Positions 34,711-45,092 are shown, numbered from the stretch's first letter. The stretch is DNA of 64,000 nt from an uncultured Terracidiphilus sp. (GCA_964614635.1 CAZTLV010000016.1:18547-82546); one strand, 5' to 3'. Made by a program: numbers and translations. Notes: generated by a model from the letters alone, not told the origin.

Positions 34711-36074
34711 GCTCAAACCCTCAACTCGATTTCCATCCCGATGCCGAGAGCTTGAGCGCTTTCGCTGAGCAGGCTCTGCCCAAGCAAGAGCAGGAGCAGG
34801 TTCTTGCTCATCTGGCCCTGTGCAGCCGGTGCCGACAGGTGGTCTATCTGGCTCAGGAGGCAGCGTCAGAGTTGGAGATGACCGAGGCAGCCGCCTATCG
34901 GCCAGAACTGGATCCGGCAGCGGCGTTCCGCTTCGCAGCCGCAATGCCCGCTGCTCCAGCCATGGCCGCTTCCGCCAGCACAGCTGGTGATCGAGGCCCC
35001 ACGCAGCCACCCTGGTGGTCAGGAAGCTGGCGCATCGCGTGGATTCCGGCGGGAGCGCTGGCGGCAATCATCGGCATCGTGATCCTGGTTCACCTTCGCC
35101 AACCCCGGCAGGGTCCGGATGCTGGGACGGAAATGGCCAAGACAGTTCCGCTATCCGCACCCGAGCAGTCCGCGCCCCGCATTGGCCAAAAACCAGGCGA
35201 ACCTTTTCTCAAAGGGAAGGGACTTGCGGATACCGGGCGGCCGGCGCCGGCACAGACCAACGCAATTGTTCGGGCCAAAAAAACTTCGCCCGGCCCATTC
35301 GTCGCTCAAAGGGAAGAGCAGCCTAAAGCAGTTGCACCTCCTCCGCCGGCCGCTGCTGCTTTTGGAGCCATGCAGATGTCGCGTTCCGATTTGGATAGGG
35401 AAAGGGTGCTGCAAAGTGAACAGCGGCAGGCGGTTGCCGCGCAGGCGGATTCGGGCATGTTCAGTCGGCACGCCGCGGCGGGTTCAACGCCAAGGCCCGC
35501 AAACGCCGGCAGCGGGAGTTCCGACAATACGGTAGAAGCAAATGCCGCGCCGGTAATTGTGGACGGCGCGCCGTCAGGAATAGCTGGAGGTGCAGCAGCA
35601 CCGCCCATGCCATCTGCGCCCCCGGCAGCCGTCAAACCCGAGTCGATTGGCAGTTTTGTAGTCTCGTCGCAGCGACTGACGCAGCGTTCAGCCGGATTGA
35701 TGGCTGTCCACAAATCGAATACTGTGATGCTGCCGAGCGGGCTCATTGCTGTATCAACCGTTTTTGCCAGACAACTTTCGTTGGCCGTCGACCGGCTCGG
35801 CAATGTTTATCTCAGTCAGGATTCTGGTGCCCACTGGGATTCCGTGGACCGCCAATGGAGCGGACGCGCGATCGTCGTTCGCCTTCAACGCAAGCTTCAG
35901 TCGGCCACGGTACGAACCGAGGAATCCAAATCGGGAAGCTCCCAAAATGAGCCGCAAAGCTCGACTGCCGACTCCTTGGCAGAGCCACCCGCGCCCGCAT
36001 CGGTCTTTGAAATCATCAACGACGGCGGCAAGGTCTGGGTCAGCACAGACGGGAAGACCTGGAGCGCGAAATAA
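34707..36074 (+). CDS. Anti-sigma factor (zf-HC2-like N-terminus, one TM helix, extracytoplasmic domain with two Asp-box/BNR-like motifs)
   Basis: It has HLALCSRCRQVV near the N-terminus, the TM helix WIPAGALAAIIGIVILV, a Pro/Ala-rich linker, and a C-terminal part containing SQDSGAHW and STDGKTW. Confidence 0.75.
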   Translation: MSSNPQLDFHPDAESLSAFAEQALPKQEQEQVLAHLALCSRCRQVVYLAQEAASELEMTEAAAYRPELDPAAAFRFAAAMPAAPAMAASASTAGDRGPTQPPWWSGSWRIAWIPAGALAAIIGIVILVHLRQPRQGPDAGTEMAKTVPLSAPEQSAPRIGQKPGEPFLKGKGLADTGRPAPAQTNAIVRAKKTSPGPFVAQREEQPKAVAPPPPAAAAFGAMQMSRSDLDRERVLQSEQRQAVAAQADSGMFSRHAAAGSTPRPANAGSGSSDNTVEANAAPVIVDGAPSGIAGGAAAPPMPSAPPAAVKPESIGSFVVSSQRLTQRSAGLMAVHKSNTVMLPSGLIAVSTVFARQLSLAVDRLGNVYLSQDSGAHWDSVDRQWSGRAIVVRLQRKLQSATVRTEESKSGSSQNEPQSSTADSLAEPPAPASVFEIINDGGKVWVSTDGKTWSAK

Positions 36075-36493
36075 TCGGACGGCTCTGAAAATCTGGTTCT
36101 GCCAACATCTCGAAATTCCAACTATTGAAGATCCCTTTGTTCGCCGAAGAATCTCATTTCGGCTTGCAACAGAGTCAGACTCGCGCAGGCGGCTTGCATG
36201 TTTCCTGCCGATCTCGAATCTTTGGCGTCTGCGGTCGCCGACAAAATCCTGGCCGTGGAATCTGTTTGATCAAACTCATGCCATATCCGCAGCCTGCTGG
36301 TCATTTCTCACAACCGCACAAAGCCGCGAGAGTACTTCGGTATCTGGCCCGCGGTTGCAAATCCCTGATGCATGGCTGAGAATTTCGCCTGGGATGTTCA
36401 AACGTGTTCGAGGCTTCGGAAGGATGTTGAAGACACCGAACCTTGAGACCGCAAGCGCTCTACGATGAAATCACAGGTTGAGGTGCCAGGGCC

Positions 36494-39400
36494 ATGAGCT
36501 GTTGCTGTTCTGCTTTCTTTGCATTGTTGCTCGCGGCCGGATGGTTCGGAGCCCCCATTTCCGCCCAGGAACCGCCGCTGCCCATGAACGCCCAACCATC
36601 GGCGCCACCCGCTGAGCCGGGGCTCCTGTTTTACCTCTCCAGCGATCATGGATTCAACGCCGACTATGCCGCCGGCGGCATCGCCACGCCAAATTATCTC
36701 GCCGACATCAAGATTCTTCCTGGCGGAGCGAAGGGCTCCTATCTGCAATGCGGCAGTCATCAACTGCTTTCCTACTGGGCGCCGGGCAATATCTATGCTC
36801 AGCGCGGCACGCTCTCGTTTTTCTGGCGGTCTCGCGACCCTGTGGACGAGACAGCCTTCCCAATCTTTCGCGTTGGTTACGCCGATCACTCCAGTTGGGA
36901 CCAGGTGTGGCTCCGGATCGATTACAACGGCCATGGTTTCGACGCCTTCGTCACTGATGTAAACCTGGGCCGCACACGCGTCTCCTATGACATGCCCAAT
37001 TTTCCCAAGCCGGACCAATGGGTAAATCTCACGCTCACCTGGGACGAGATATCCGGCATTCGTTTCTACGTCGACGGCAAGATGGTTGCTGAGAAGGCCG
37101 CCACCGGCATGTTCGATGCAGCCCTGGACCAGTTCGGGCCTCATTCCCGCATCATTGGTCCAACCGGCGTTGAGAGCACTTACAGCTACGACCGCGGCGG
37201 AGACCTAGACGAAGTGCGCATCTACGATCGCGCTCTCTCTGAAAACAATGTTGCTTCGCTCGCAAGAGGCGAAACACCGCAGAATATCCCGATTGCGACC
37301 CGCAGTTTCGCAAACGCGGACACACAGAAAGAGTGGTGGTTTCATTATGGCTGGAACCGTCCCGGTGATGTTCCTGCCGCGCTACCGGCTGCCAACACCA
37401 TCATTCGTAAAGTCCAGATCAACGACGCATATGACATCGGCCGCTGGTGGTGGCGAGCCAACGACGGCATCCGCGAAACCACCTGGCCGGGCGTCTACAA
37501 TCGCTCGCGGCTCGTTGGCCGCTTCGACTACTTCCAGCTACCGGATTGGGATTGTTATGCGATCTCCGGCAAGACCGTCACATTCATCCTGCCGCAGGAG
37601 CCGTGGAATCATCTGGAATTCAACGGCAGCGCATTCGGCAACATGACGTTGCTCACGCCGGATGTCTCTGAATATGCAGTTCGCCGCAGCGGCCTTGATG
37701 GAACAGTGCTGCCCGGTAAGACTCTTTTTGAGCGGCCCAGCGGCCAGGAGACCACTTTTCACGATCTTGGTGAACCTGTCACCGGCGGCAAGCTCCGTTT
37801 TACGAACGTCGAGCAGGAGACACCCATCGGTGAGTTCGCCGCCTACTACGTTCACCCCGGTGACCCGCCGCAGGGAATCCTGCAATTGAAGTACAGACTG
37901 TCTGCCAACACTGCACCTGATAACAATCCGAGCCTCACGTCCTTAGTCAGCTTCATTCATGACCGATATCCTGCCGACGAGCGTTCTTTGATTGTCGCCA
38001 TGCCCGGCGGAGCAGGTGGCAGGCGCGCAGCTTTCCGGCCAAGAAACCCCAATGCAGACAGCGCACCCAGCCTGCCGATTGTGCACGTCCTCATTCCAGC
38101 TGACTTCCGCGGACTGCCGGCCGAGACGACGCATGTTCCTTCCTACACCTGGGACAACCTCAACGCAGGTCTCGACGGCATTGCCATCGATCTGCCTGCA
38201 CTCAATGTGAAACCAACGCATGGCGACCTGGTGCCAATGAATATCGAAGTTCGCGATCCCTTGTGGCCGATGCGCGACATGCTCAACTTCACCTTCTCCG
38301 TTAAGCCGGGCGAGGCGCATACCCTGTGGCTGGATACGCGCGACCGCATCATGCCCAACGACAAGAGCCTGCTCATCACGGTTGCATCGGCAAGTCCCGA
38401 ATTTACGGCTGCCGCTCTCGATGGCGCAGAGGTGCGCCTCATCTTCAAGCCGTATAACGAAGCGGCCAAGGAGCACATTGCCGACCGCCTGACACAGGTG
38501 CGCGACAACTTTTCAAACATGACAGAAGAGCATGTGAACAGCCGTCACCTGAACACCTACAACCGCTTCTATGCCGACATCACCGATCTTCTGCGGGTGG
38601 ATCCGGGCAACGATCTGGGCCGCAAATACTGGCACGAATGGAACCCTGAAACTCTGCCTCCTGCATACGTTCAGCCCGTCGTGCCCGCAGACATACCCAG
38701 GTGGGCCTACCTCCAGGCAAAGGATGTGGACTACTTCCAGCGCATTGCCGACTTCTACGTTGACATGCGCCAGGCCTGGGACGGCGAATTCGGTGGCGGG
38801 CTGGGCGACGACAGCGACTTCACGAACCTTTTTCCTTCGCTCGCGCTCATGGGTACCGAGCCGGAAAAACTGAAAAAGTCGCTCTCAAGAGAGCTTGAGG
38901 CCATGTACGAAAACAAGATGTGGACCAATGGGCTGGCGACGGCGCAGTTTGACGAGCTCCACAGTTACGAGGACGGACTCAACGTTCTCGGTCAGTCGAT
39001 GATGATGGATTTTGGAAATCCGAAGGACCTGGAGCGCGCCATGGTCACAGCCAGGCGGCTGGAATGGCTCACGGGCATCAACGCCGCAGGCCACAGGCAC
39101 ATCCGTTCAGCATATTTCAGCGGCTCAAAGATGGCGGAAGGCGGCGTTTGGGGATGGACCAAGGCACGAGGCTACATGGTTTTTCATCCCGCGCTCGACC
39201 TGGTTCTGTTCAACGGGGCGCCGGAAACACGCAAGATGGTTCTCGAAACCGTCGATGGCATGTTGGCCCACCGCAAGCAGGACGCAGATGGCCGATGGGT
39301 CACACGTACTGAGATCAACTTCAAGACCGATGAAGATCTGCCCGGCAGCGATGCCACACCCGATTTCATGTTCTGGGCCGCATATCGCTGGACCGGCGAC

Positions 39401-40438
39401 AAAAAGTACCTGCTTCCTTTCATGGATCAAGGTCCGTCGTCGCTTTCGCACATCAGCTCCGATGCCCTCGACATCCTCAACCTACGTGACACATGGGGAA
39501 AGCAAGTGGTAGCGGCGGCCAGAACCGTTGACCCTACAACCGGTGTGGCGCCAACTGGCGCGCTGTCGATGACGGGCTCCGCCGAGACGTTCGCATGGCA
39601 GGCAACCGGCGATACGAAGTATCTTGATCGCCTCTACTCCGCACAGTTGGAGGCGGAATCTGATCGCGAGTGGATCAATACCGAAGGCAGCCTCTGGATT
39701 GATCGCGTCACTGACTCCGCTGGCCCGATGTTCGTCAACACAGAACTGCAGCGTGCCCGTTTTGGCGGCGTCGCGCTGATCCGCAATCACATCTATCCGG
39801 GCAATGCGGTCAGTTGGCGATTCGAAGCGCCAGCCACGCCCAGCAGCCTGGGCATCCTCGTGCCCCAGGCGACGCCGGATCATTTGAAGATCGTCGTGTA
39901 CAACCTCGACTCTGTTCCTGTGAAGACCCAGATGACGGGGTGGGAAATTGATCCGGGCAAGTGGGAGATTATTCAGAGAATGCGCGGCGATGCGGAATCT
40001 GATTCGCTTGAGAATGCCAGTTCAAGAACTGCGAACTTTGAGCGCAGCACCAGCCTGGAATTCACATTTGATCCTCACACCACAACGGTGCTGGAACTGA
40101 AGTTGGTCGACAAAGGCGTGCCCTACTGGTTGCGGCCCGATCTTGGCATCAGCGCTGACGATGTGAAAGTCGACGGCAGCCATATGAAAGTGACCATTCA
40201 CAGCCTCGGCGCGGTTGACGCTCCGGTTTCAAAGGTAGTGCTTCGCGACAGCTCTGGAAAGGTACTTGCCAAGGCCAATGCCGCTGCATTGAAGGCTCCA
40301 CTGGATCTGCTGCCAAAAACTGAAGTCGTTTCGCTTACCGTACCGCACGGTGCGGAATGGAAGGGTGGAAGCGTAACTGTTGAGATCGGCGGAAAATTGC
40401 CGGAGATCACGCTGATGAATAACCGGGTGCAGTTCTAA
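36494..40438 (+). CDS. Very large exported protein with an N-terminal LamG/ConA-like domain; probably a polysaccharide-active enzyme
   Basis: 1314 aa with the signal peptide MSCCCSAFFALLLAAGWFGAPISAQ. The LamG-type end motif is GGDLDEVRIYDRALSENNVASLARGE. I do not recognise a specific family in the remainder. Confidence 0.75.
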   Translation: MSCCCSAFFALLLAAGWFGAPISAQEPPLPMNAQPSAPPAEPGLLFYLSSDHGFNADYAAGGIATPNYLADIKILPGGAKGSYLQCGSHQLLSYWAPGNIYAQRGTLSFFWRSRDPVDETAFPIFRVGYADHSSWDQVWLRIDYNGHGFDAFVTDVNLGRTRVSYDMPNFPKPDQWVNLTLTWDEISGIRFYVDGKMVAEKAATGMFDAALDQFGPHSRIIGPTGVESTYSYDRGGDLDEVRIYDRALSENNVASLARGETPQNIPIATRSFANADTQKEWWFHYGWNRPGDVPAALPAANTIIRKVQINDAYDIGRWWWRANDGIRETTWPGVYNRSRLVGRFDYFQLPDWDCYAISGKTVTFILPQEPWNHLEFNGSAFGNMTLLTPDVSEYAVRRSGLDGTVLPGKTLFERPSGQETTFHDLGEPVTGGKLRFTNVEQETPIGEFAAYYVHPGDPPQGILQLKYRLSANTAPDNNPSLTSLVSFIHDRYPADERSLIVAMPGGAGGRRAAFRPRNPNADSAPSLPIVHVLIPADFRGLPAETTHVPSYTWDNLNAGLDGIAIDLPALNVKPTHGDLVPMNIEVRDPLWPMRDMLNFTFSVKPGEAHTLWLDTRDRIMPNDKSLLITVASASPEFTAAALDGAEVRLIFKPYNEAAKEHIADRLTQVRDNFSNMTEEHVNSRHLNTYNRFYADITDLLRVDPGNDLGRKYWHEWNPETLPPAYVQPVVPADIPRWAYLQAKDVDYFQRIADFYVDMRQAWDGEFGGGLGDDSDFTNLFPSLALMGTEPEKLKKSLSRELEAMYENKMWTNGLATAQFDELHSYEDGLNVLGQSMMMDFGNPKDLERAMVTARRLEWLTGINAAGHRHIRSAYFSGSKMAEGGVWGWTKARGYMVFHPALDLVLFNGAPETRKMVLETVDGMLAHRKQDADGRWVTRTEINFKTDEDLPGSDATPDFMFWAAYRWTGDKKYLLPFMDQGPSSLSHISSDALDILNLRDTWGKQVVAAARTVDPTTGVAPTGALSMTGSAETFAWQATGDTKYLDRLYSAQLEAESDREWINTEGSLWIDRVTDSAGPMFVNTELQRARFGGVALIRNHIYPGNAVSWRFEAPATPSSLGILVPQATPDHLKIVVYNLDSVPVKTQMTGWEIDPGKWEIIQRMRGDAESDSLENASSRTANFERSTSLEFTFDPHTTTVLELKLVDKGVPYWLRPDLGISADDVKVDGSHMKVTIHSLGAVDAPVSKVVLRDSSGKVLAKANAAALKAPLDLLPKTEVVSLTVPHGAEWKGGSVTVEIGGKLPEITLMNNRVQF

Positions 40439-40522
40439 AGGCCGGCCGTAGCTCGAAGTGAGATCATCGAGCTTGAGCCGTTGCAATGCGGGCTTAGACT
40501 GCTCCCGATATCAGGAGGATGG

Positions 40523-40864
40523 ATGACGGGAAATGTAATTCCAGTATTCGCTTCAATTAACGAAGGCATGTCGACGCCGGAACCGGGTCTTCGTCGCCAG
40601 GTGATGGCCTATAGCCCGGCGATGATGCTCATCCGGCATACCATGATCAAGGGCTGGGGTGGCGCAAAGCACAGCCATCCACACGAACAGATGGTCTACG
40701 TCGTCCACGGCCGCATACGCTTTGAACACTCTGGCGGAGTATTCGAGGTGGGTCCAGGAGAGAGCTTCTTGGTCCCGGGCAATGTCGAGCACCAGGCATG
40801 GGCGCTTGAGGACTCCGAGGTGCTCGATATCTTTACACCCATGCGCGAAGACTACGCAACGTAA
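40523..40864 (+). CDS. Cytoplasmic cupin-domain protein
   Basis: The ATG at 40523 follows AGGAGG. The cupin core is GGAKHSHPHEQMVYVVHGRIRFE...GESFLVPGNVEHQAWALE. Confidence 0.7.
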   Translation: MTGNVIPVFASINEGMSTPEPGLRRQVMAYSPAMMLIRHTMIKGWGGAKHSHPHEQMVYVVHGRIRFEHSGGVFEVGPGESFLVPGNVEHQAWALEDSEVLDIFTPMREDYAT

Positions 40865-40923
40865 CAACGAAAGCGGTCTCAACCTTGCTAAGAAATTCAA
40901 AGCCATGCCAAAAGGAAACAGGC

Positions 40924-42948
40924 ATGCATCATGGAAGGCCAGTCAAGCACGCTGTAGCCGTAATGATGCTGTCGTTCGCAGTGGTCCATCTCCCAGTGAT
41001 TGCAGAAACCAACATGCAACAAAATGAAGCCGGCCCAGCCGCCGCCATACAAACCGCCGCCACCTTCCAACTTGAGAACCACGTCATCGGCGCAACGTGG
41101 TCCGTGACGGATGGCAGCGTCAGGAATCTTGTCGTGACGAACCACCTCGACGGAACAGTCCTCCACATCTCTACGCCGTTCGCCATCCTTTTGAAGGATG
41201 GGACAATCTACGATGCCTCCAATCTCGAGTTGACCGGCCAGCCCACCCAACGCGAGCTGACTCCGCAGCCTGGCGCAGCCCGCATGGCCGAAAGGCTGTA
41301 CGGAAAAGTGTTCGACTTCCCCCTGGAAAGCAGCGAACATTCCTTGCGCGTGGTGTGGTCGGTTGTCCTGCTTGATGATTCGTCCTATCTCAGACAACTT
41401 CTCACCATCAGCGCGCTGGGAGGGGACGTTCCCATCAGCCGGGTGCAACTCATCGATCTGCCATTGTCAGGCGCGCATGTGAGCGGATCGGTGCAAGGCT
41501 CGCCCATTGTGGCTGGAAACTTGTTTCTCGGATTCGAGCATCCACTCTCGCAGAGCAAGGTGACAGCCGGCCGCGCCACCGCATGGATCGATCGCGACTT
41601 GCCGCTTCGGGCAAATCAGTCCATCACGTACTCCGCGGTCATCGGCGTCGCCCGCAGCGGCCAGATGCGCCGCGACTTCCTTACATATTTGGAACAGGAA
41701 CGGGCGCACCCTTACCGGACGTTTCTGCACTATAACTCCTGGTACGATCTGGGCTACTTTACGCCTTATGACCAGGCCGCTGCTTTGGATCGCGTCAACG
41801 CATTCGGGCTCGAGCTCACGCAAAAACGCGGTGTCAAGCTCGACTCTTTTCTCTTCGATGACGGCTGGGATAACCATAACTCGCTCTGGAAATTCAACGA
41901 CGGATTGCCAGACGGCTTCGCTCCGGTGAAAGAAGCCGCGGAAAAGTATGGCGCCGCCCCGGGCGTGTGGATGTCACCGTGGGGCGGATACGCCAAGCCC
42001 AAGACAGAACGAATTGACTTTGGAACTGCCGCGGGATACGAGATCGTGGCCAACGGATATGCGCTTTCCGGTCCGAGGTATTACGCGGCATTCCGCGATG
42101 TCTGCATGGATATGATTCACAAGTACGGCATCAACCAGTTCAAGTTCGACGGTACTGGAAACGTTGATTCCGTCTTCCCCGGCAGCCAGTTCGACAGCGA
42201 CTTCTCTGCAGCAATCCACCTGATTGGCGAGCTTCGTTCCGCCAAGCCCGATATTTTCATCAATCTCACGACGGGCACCTGGCCCTCTCCTTTCTGGTTG
42301 ATGTATGCGGATTCCATCTGGCGCGGCGGTGAGGACGATAGTACTGCAGGAGTGGGAACCCACCGCGAGCGCTGGATTACCTATCGCGACGCGGAAACTT
42401 ACAAGCGAGTGGTGCAGAACGGGCCGCTCTTCCCCCTGAACTCCCTCATGCTCCACGGCATGATCTACGCAAGGTTTCACAAAGAGCTCAGCAAAGATCC
42501 GGGGAGCGACTTCCGCAACGAGATCAGGTCGTACTTCGGCACCGGCACGCAGCTTCAGGAGATGTACATCACGCCGTCCCTGCTCACACAGACCAATTGG
42601 GACGATCTGGCCGAAGCAGCGAAATGGTCACGCGCAAACGCCGAGGTGCTGCGGGATACGCACTGGGTCGGCGGAGATCCGGCATGGCTTGAGGTGTACG
42701 GCTGGGCGTCGTGGATGCCGGGCAGTGGCATTCTCGTGCTGCGCAACCCAAGCGACAAGGCGCAAACCATCCGCATCAAATTGCAGGGCGCCTTCGAATT
42801 GCCGCCAGGCGCCGCGCAGACGTATTCCGCGAAGAGCCCATGGAAGGACGACCTTGGCAGCGAGCCCATTTTGCTCAACGCGCAACGGGCGCATGAGTTT
42901 CATCTCGCGCCCTTTCAAGTTCTCACGCTAAAATTAGCTGCCCAGTAA
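40924..42948 (+). CDS. Exported glycoside-hydrolase-like protein (clan GH-D / alpha-galactosidase-like TIM barrel suspected)
   Basis: The signal peptide begins at the ATG at 40924. Motifs LHYNSWYDLGYF, FLFDDGWDN and INQFKFDGTGN resemble the GH27/GH36-type D-D-x-W and K-x-D nucleophile motifs. This is recognition only. Confidence 0.55.
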   Translation: MHHGRPVKHAVAVMMLSFAVVHLPVIAETNMQQNEAGPAAAIQTAATFQLENHVIGATWSVTDGSVRNLVVTNHLDGTVLHISTPFAILLKDGTIYDASNLELTGQPTQRELTPQPGAARMAERLYGKVFDFPLESSEHSLRVVWSVVLLDDSSYLRQLLTISALGGDVPISRVQLIDLPLSGAHVSGSVQGSPIVAGNLFLGFEHPLSQSKVTAGRATAWIDRDLPLRANQSITYSAVIGVARSGQMRRDFLTYLEQERAHPYRTFLHYNSWYDLGYFTPYDQAAALDRVNAFGLELTQKRGVKLDSFLFDDGWDNHNSLWKFNDGLPDGFAPVKEAAEKYGAAPGVWMSPWGGYAKPKTERIDFGTAAGYEIVANGYALSGPRYYAAFRDVCMDMIHKYGINQFKFDGTGNVDSVFPGSQFDSDFSAAIHLIGELRSAKPDIFINLTTGTWPSPFWLMYADSIWRGGEDDSTAGVGTHRERWITYRDAETYKRVVQNGPLFPLNSLMLHGMIYARFHKELSKDPGSDFRNEIRSYFGTGTQLQEMYITPSLLTQTNWDDLAEAAKWSRANAEVLRDTHWVGGDPAWLEVYGWASWMPGSGILVLRNPSDKAQTIRIKLQGAFELPPGAAQTYSAKSPWKDDLGSEPILLNAQRAHEFHLAPFQVLTLKLAAQ

Positions 42949-43043
42949 CTTCGAGCGCCGGCGAAGCCAACCAGAAGGCTCTTTAGCCTGATCTTTCAAC
43001 AATCAGGAATGCGCGGACTGCATCGAATCCGCCATATGATCTA

Positions 43044-43952
43044 ATGAGTGCGATGAAATGTCTCAGTCTGCTCGTTCTCGCCGCCGGCCTCGGTAGCCGT
43101 TATGGCGGCTTGAAGCAAATCGATCCGGTCGGCCCAAACGGCGAAGCCATTTTGGATTATTCGATCTACGACGCTCACCGCGCGGGATTCAGCAAGGTCG
43201 TCTTCATCATTCGCAGGGATATTGAGCAGGCATTCAAGCAAAGTGTCGCCGCTCGGTTTGAAAATCGCATCGCCGTCGATTACGTTTTTCAGGAACTCGA
43301 CATTCTGCCGCCAGGGTTTGGCGTACCGCCTGGCCGGACCAAGCCGTGGGGCACAACCCACGCGGTCCTCATGGCCGCCAACCGGATTCACGTGCCGTTT
43401 GCTGTCATCAACGCTGACGATTTCTACGGCGCGGTTGGTTATGAGGCGCTGGCACAGCATCTGAAGTCAGGTACGCCAGACTATGCAATGGTCGGATTTG
43501 TTCTGCGCAATACGCTTTCTGAATTTGGCGCGGTGTCACGTGGGGTATGCCAGATTGGCAGCGACGGCATGCTGCAGAATGTCACGGAAATGAGAAGCAT
43601 CACGCGAGATGGGGGTGGCGCAATCAATACAGATGTTGCGGGTAAGCTGACCAGGTTGACCGGGAACGAGCTGGTTTCGATGAACATTTGGGGCTTCACT
43701 CCGCAGGTCTTCGAACCTTTGCAAGAATACTTTCAAGCCTTTCTCGCAGAGAAGGGCGAAGATGCAACGTCGGAGTGCTACCTTCCTTCCGCGGTGAATC
43801 AGTTGGTCAGCGAAGGGCGGGCACGCGTGAGAGTTTTGCGCACTACGGATGCCTGGTTTGGCATAACAAACCGCGAAGACCGCTTGCGAGTCGTCGAAAG
43901 CATTGGCCTCCTCGTTCAGAATGGAATTTATCCCGCCCGGCTCTGGTCATGA
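43044..43952 (+). CDS. Sugar-1-phosphate nucleotidyltransferase-family protein
   Basis: LLVLAAGLGSRYGGLKQIDPVGPNGE is the N-terminal G-rich NTP-binding loop, and INADDFYG also fits the family. Confidence 0.8.
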   Translation: MSAMKCLSLLVLAAGLGSRYGGLKQIDPVGPNGEAILDYSIYDAHRAGFSKVVFIIRRDIEQAFKQSVAARFENRIAVDYVFQELDILPPGFGVPPGRTKPWGTTHAVLMAANRIHVPFAVINADDFYGAVGYEALAQHLKSGTPDYAMVGFVLRNTLSEFGAVSRGVCQIGSDGMLQNVTEMRSITRDGGGAINTDVAGKLTRLTGNELVSMNIWGFTPQVFEPLQEYFQAFLAEKGEDATSECYLPSAVNQLVSEGRARVRVLRTTDAWFGITNREDRLRVVESIGLLVQNGIYPARLWS

Positions 43953-45040
43953 ACAGCGCGAACCACATCGCCGCCGTTGCAAGCGAGTTTCAAATCACCG
44001 GCGACTTTCTCGTGGCTACTCATTACGGCAGTGGCCATATCAACGACACCTGGTGTGTGGTCTCCAAAGTCGGCGGAGTTTCCAATCGAACCATCCTGCA
44101 GCGCATCAATAAGAACATCTTCACAAATCCTGCCGCCTTGATGGAAAACATTCAGCGTGTCACTTCGCACCTTGCAGGAAAAGTTTCTCAAGAATCAGAC
44201 TCCGACCGCCGAGTACTCACGCTCATTCCCGCACGCAACGGGCGGGCCTGGCACTGTGATGAGGAAGGGGAGTATTGGCGAGCTTATCGCTTCATCGACA
44301 GGGCGCACAGTTATGACGCAGTGCAGACCTTAGCCCAGGCGTTCCAGGCGGCTCAAGCCTTCGGACGTTTTCAGGAACTTCTGTCAGACTTGCCTGCCCC
44401 TCCGCTGTACCAAATCATCCGCGACTTTCACAACACTCCGCTACGCTTTTCATCGTTTCGGCACGCGGTTGCTTCCGATGCAGCCGGTCGCGCAAACTCG
44501 GCAAAATCTGAAATCGACTTTGCTTTCGCCAATCAATCCTTGGCGAACATCCTGGTCGATGCCAATCTTCCACAGCGCGTGACGCACAACGACACCAAGT
44601 TCAATAACGTCCTTATCGATGATGAGACGGGCGAGGGCATCTGCGTCATTGATCTCGACACAGTCATGCCCGGATCAGTGCTGTTTGATTTCGGCGACAT
44701 GGTGCGCACAGCAACGAGTCCGGCTGCTGAAGACGAGCTTGATCTCTCAAAGGTTCACATGCAATTCCTCATGTTCGAGGCACTCGTGCGCGGCTATCTC
44801 AGCTCGGCCGGCCCCTTTCTGACCAGTGCAGAGAAGAGTCATCTTGCCTCCGCCGGCAAAGTCATCACCTACGAACAGGGCATTCGTTTCCTAGCGGATT
44901 ATTTGTCTGGCGATACGTATTACAAGGTGCACCACGGCAGCCATAATCTTGATCGCTGCCGAACCCAGTTCAAACTGCTCAAGTCGATCATTCAGCAAGA
45001 AGGGCGCATGGAACAGTTGGTGAATTCAATTCCGCTGTAA
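43949..45040 (+). CDS. APH/choline-kinase-fold sugar kinase (NahK/AmgK-like anomeric kinase suspected)
   Basis: The ATG at 43949 overlaps the upstream TGA (ATGA). Motifs are GSGHINDTW, the catalytic loop VTHNDTKFNNVLID, and the metal-binding VIDLDTV. Confidence 0.75.
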   Translation: MNSANHIAAVASEFQITGDFLVATHYGSGHINDTWCVVSKVGGVSNRTILQRINKNIFTNPAALMENIQRVTSHLAGKVSQESDSDRRVLTLIPARNGRAWHCDEEGEYWRAYRFIDRAHSYDAVQTLAQAFQAAQAFGRFQELLSDLPAPPLYQIIRDFHNTPLRFSSFRHAVASDAAGRANSAKSEIDFAFANQSLANILVDANLPQRVTHNDTKFNNVLIDDETGEGICVIDLDTVMPGSVLFDFGDMVRTATSPAAEDELDLSKVHMQFLMFEALVRGYLSSAGPFLTSAEKSHLASAGKVITYEQGIRFLADYLSGDTYYKVHHGSHNLDRCRTQFKLLKSIIQQEGRMEQLVNSIPL

Positions 45041-45092
45041 CGATTCTGGCCAAGAGATGCCAGGATTCGATCATCGGAGTAGTATTTCCTGC

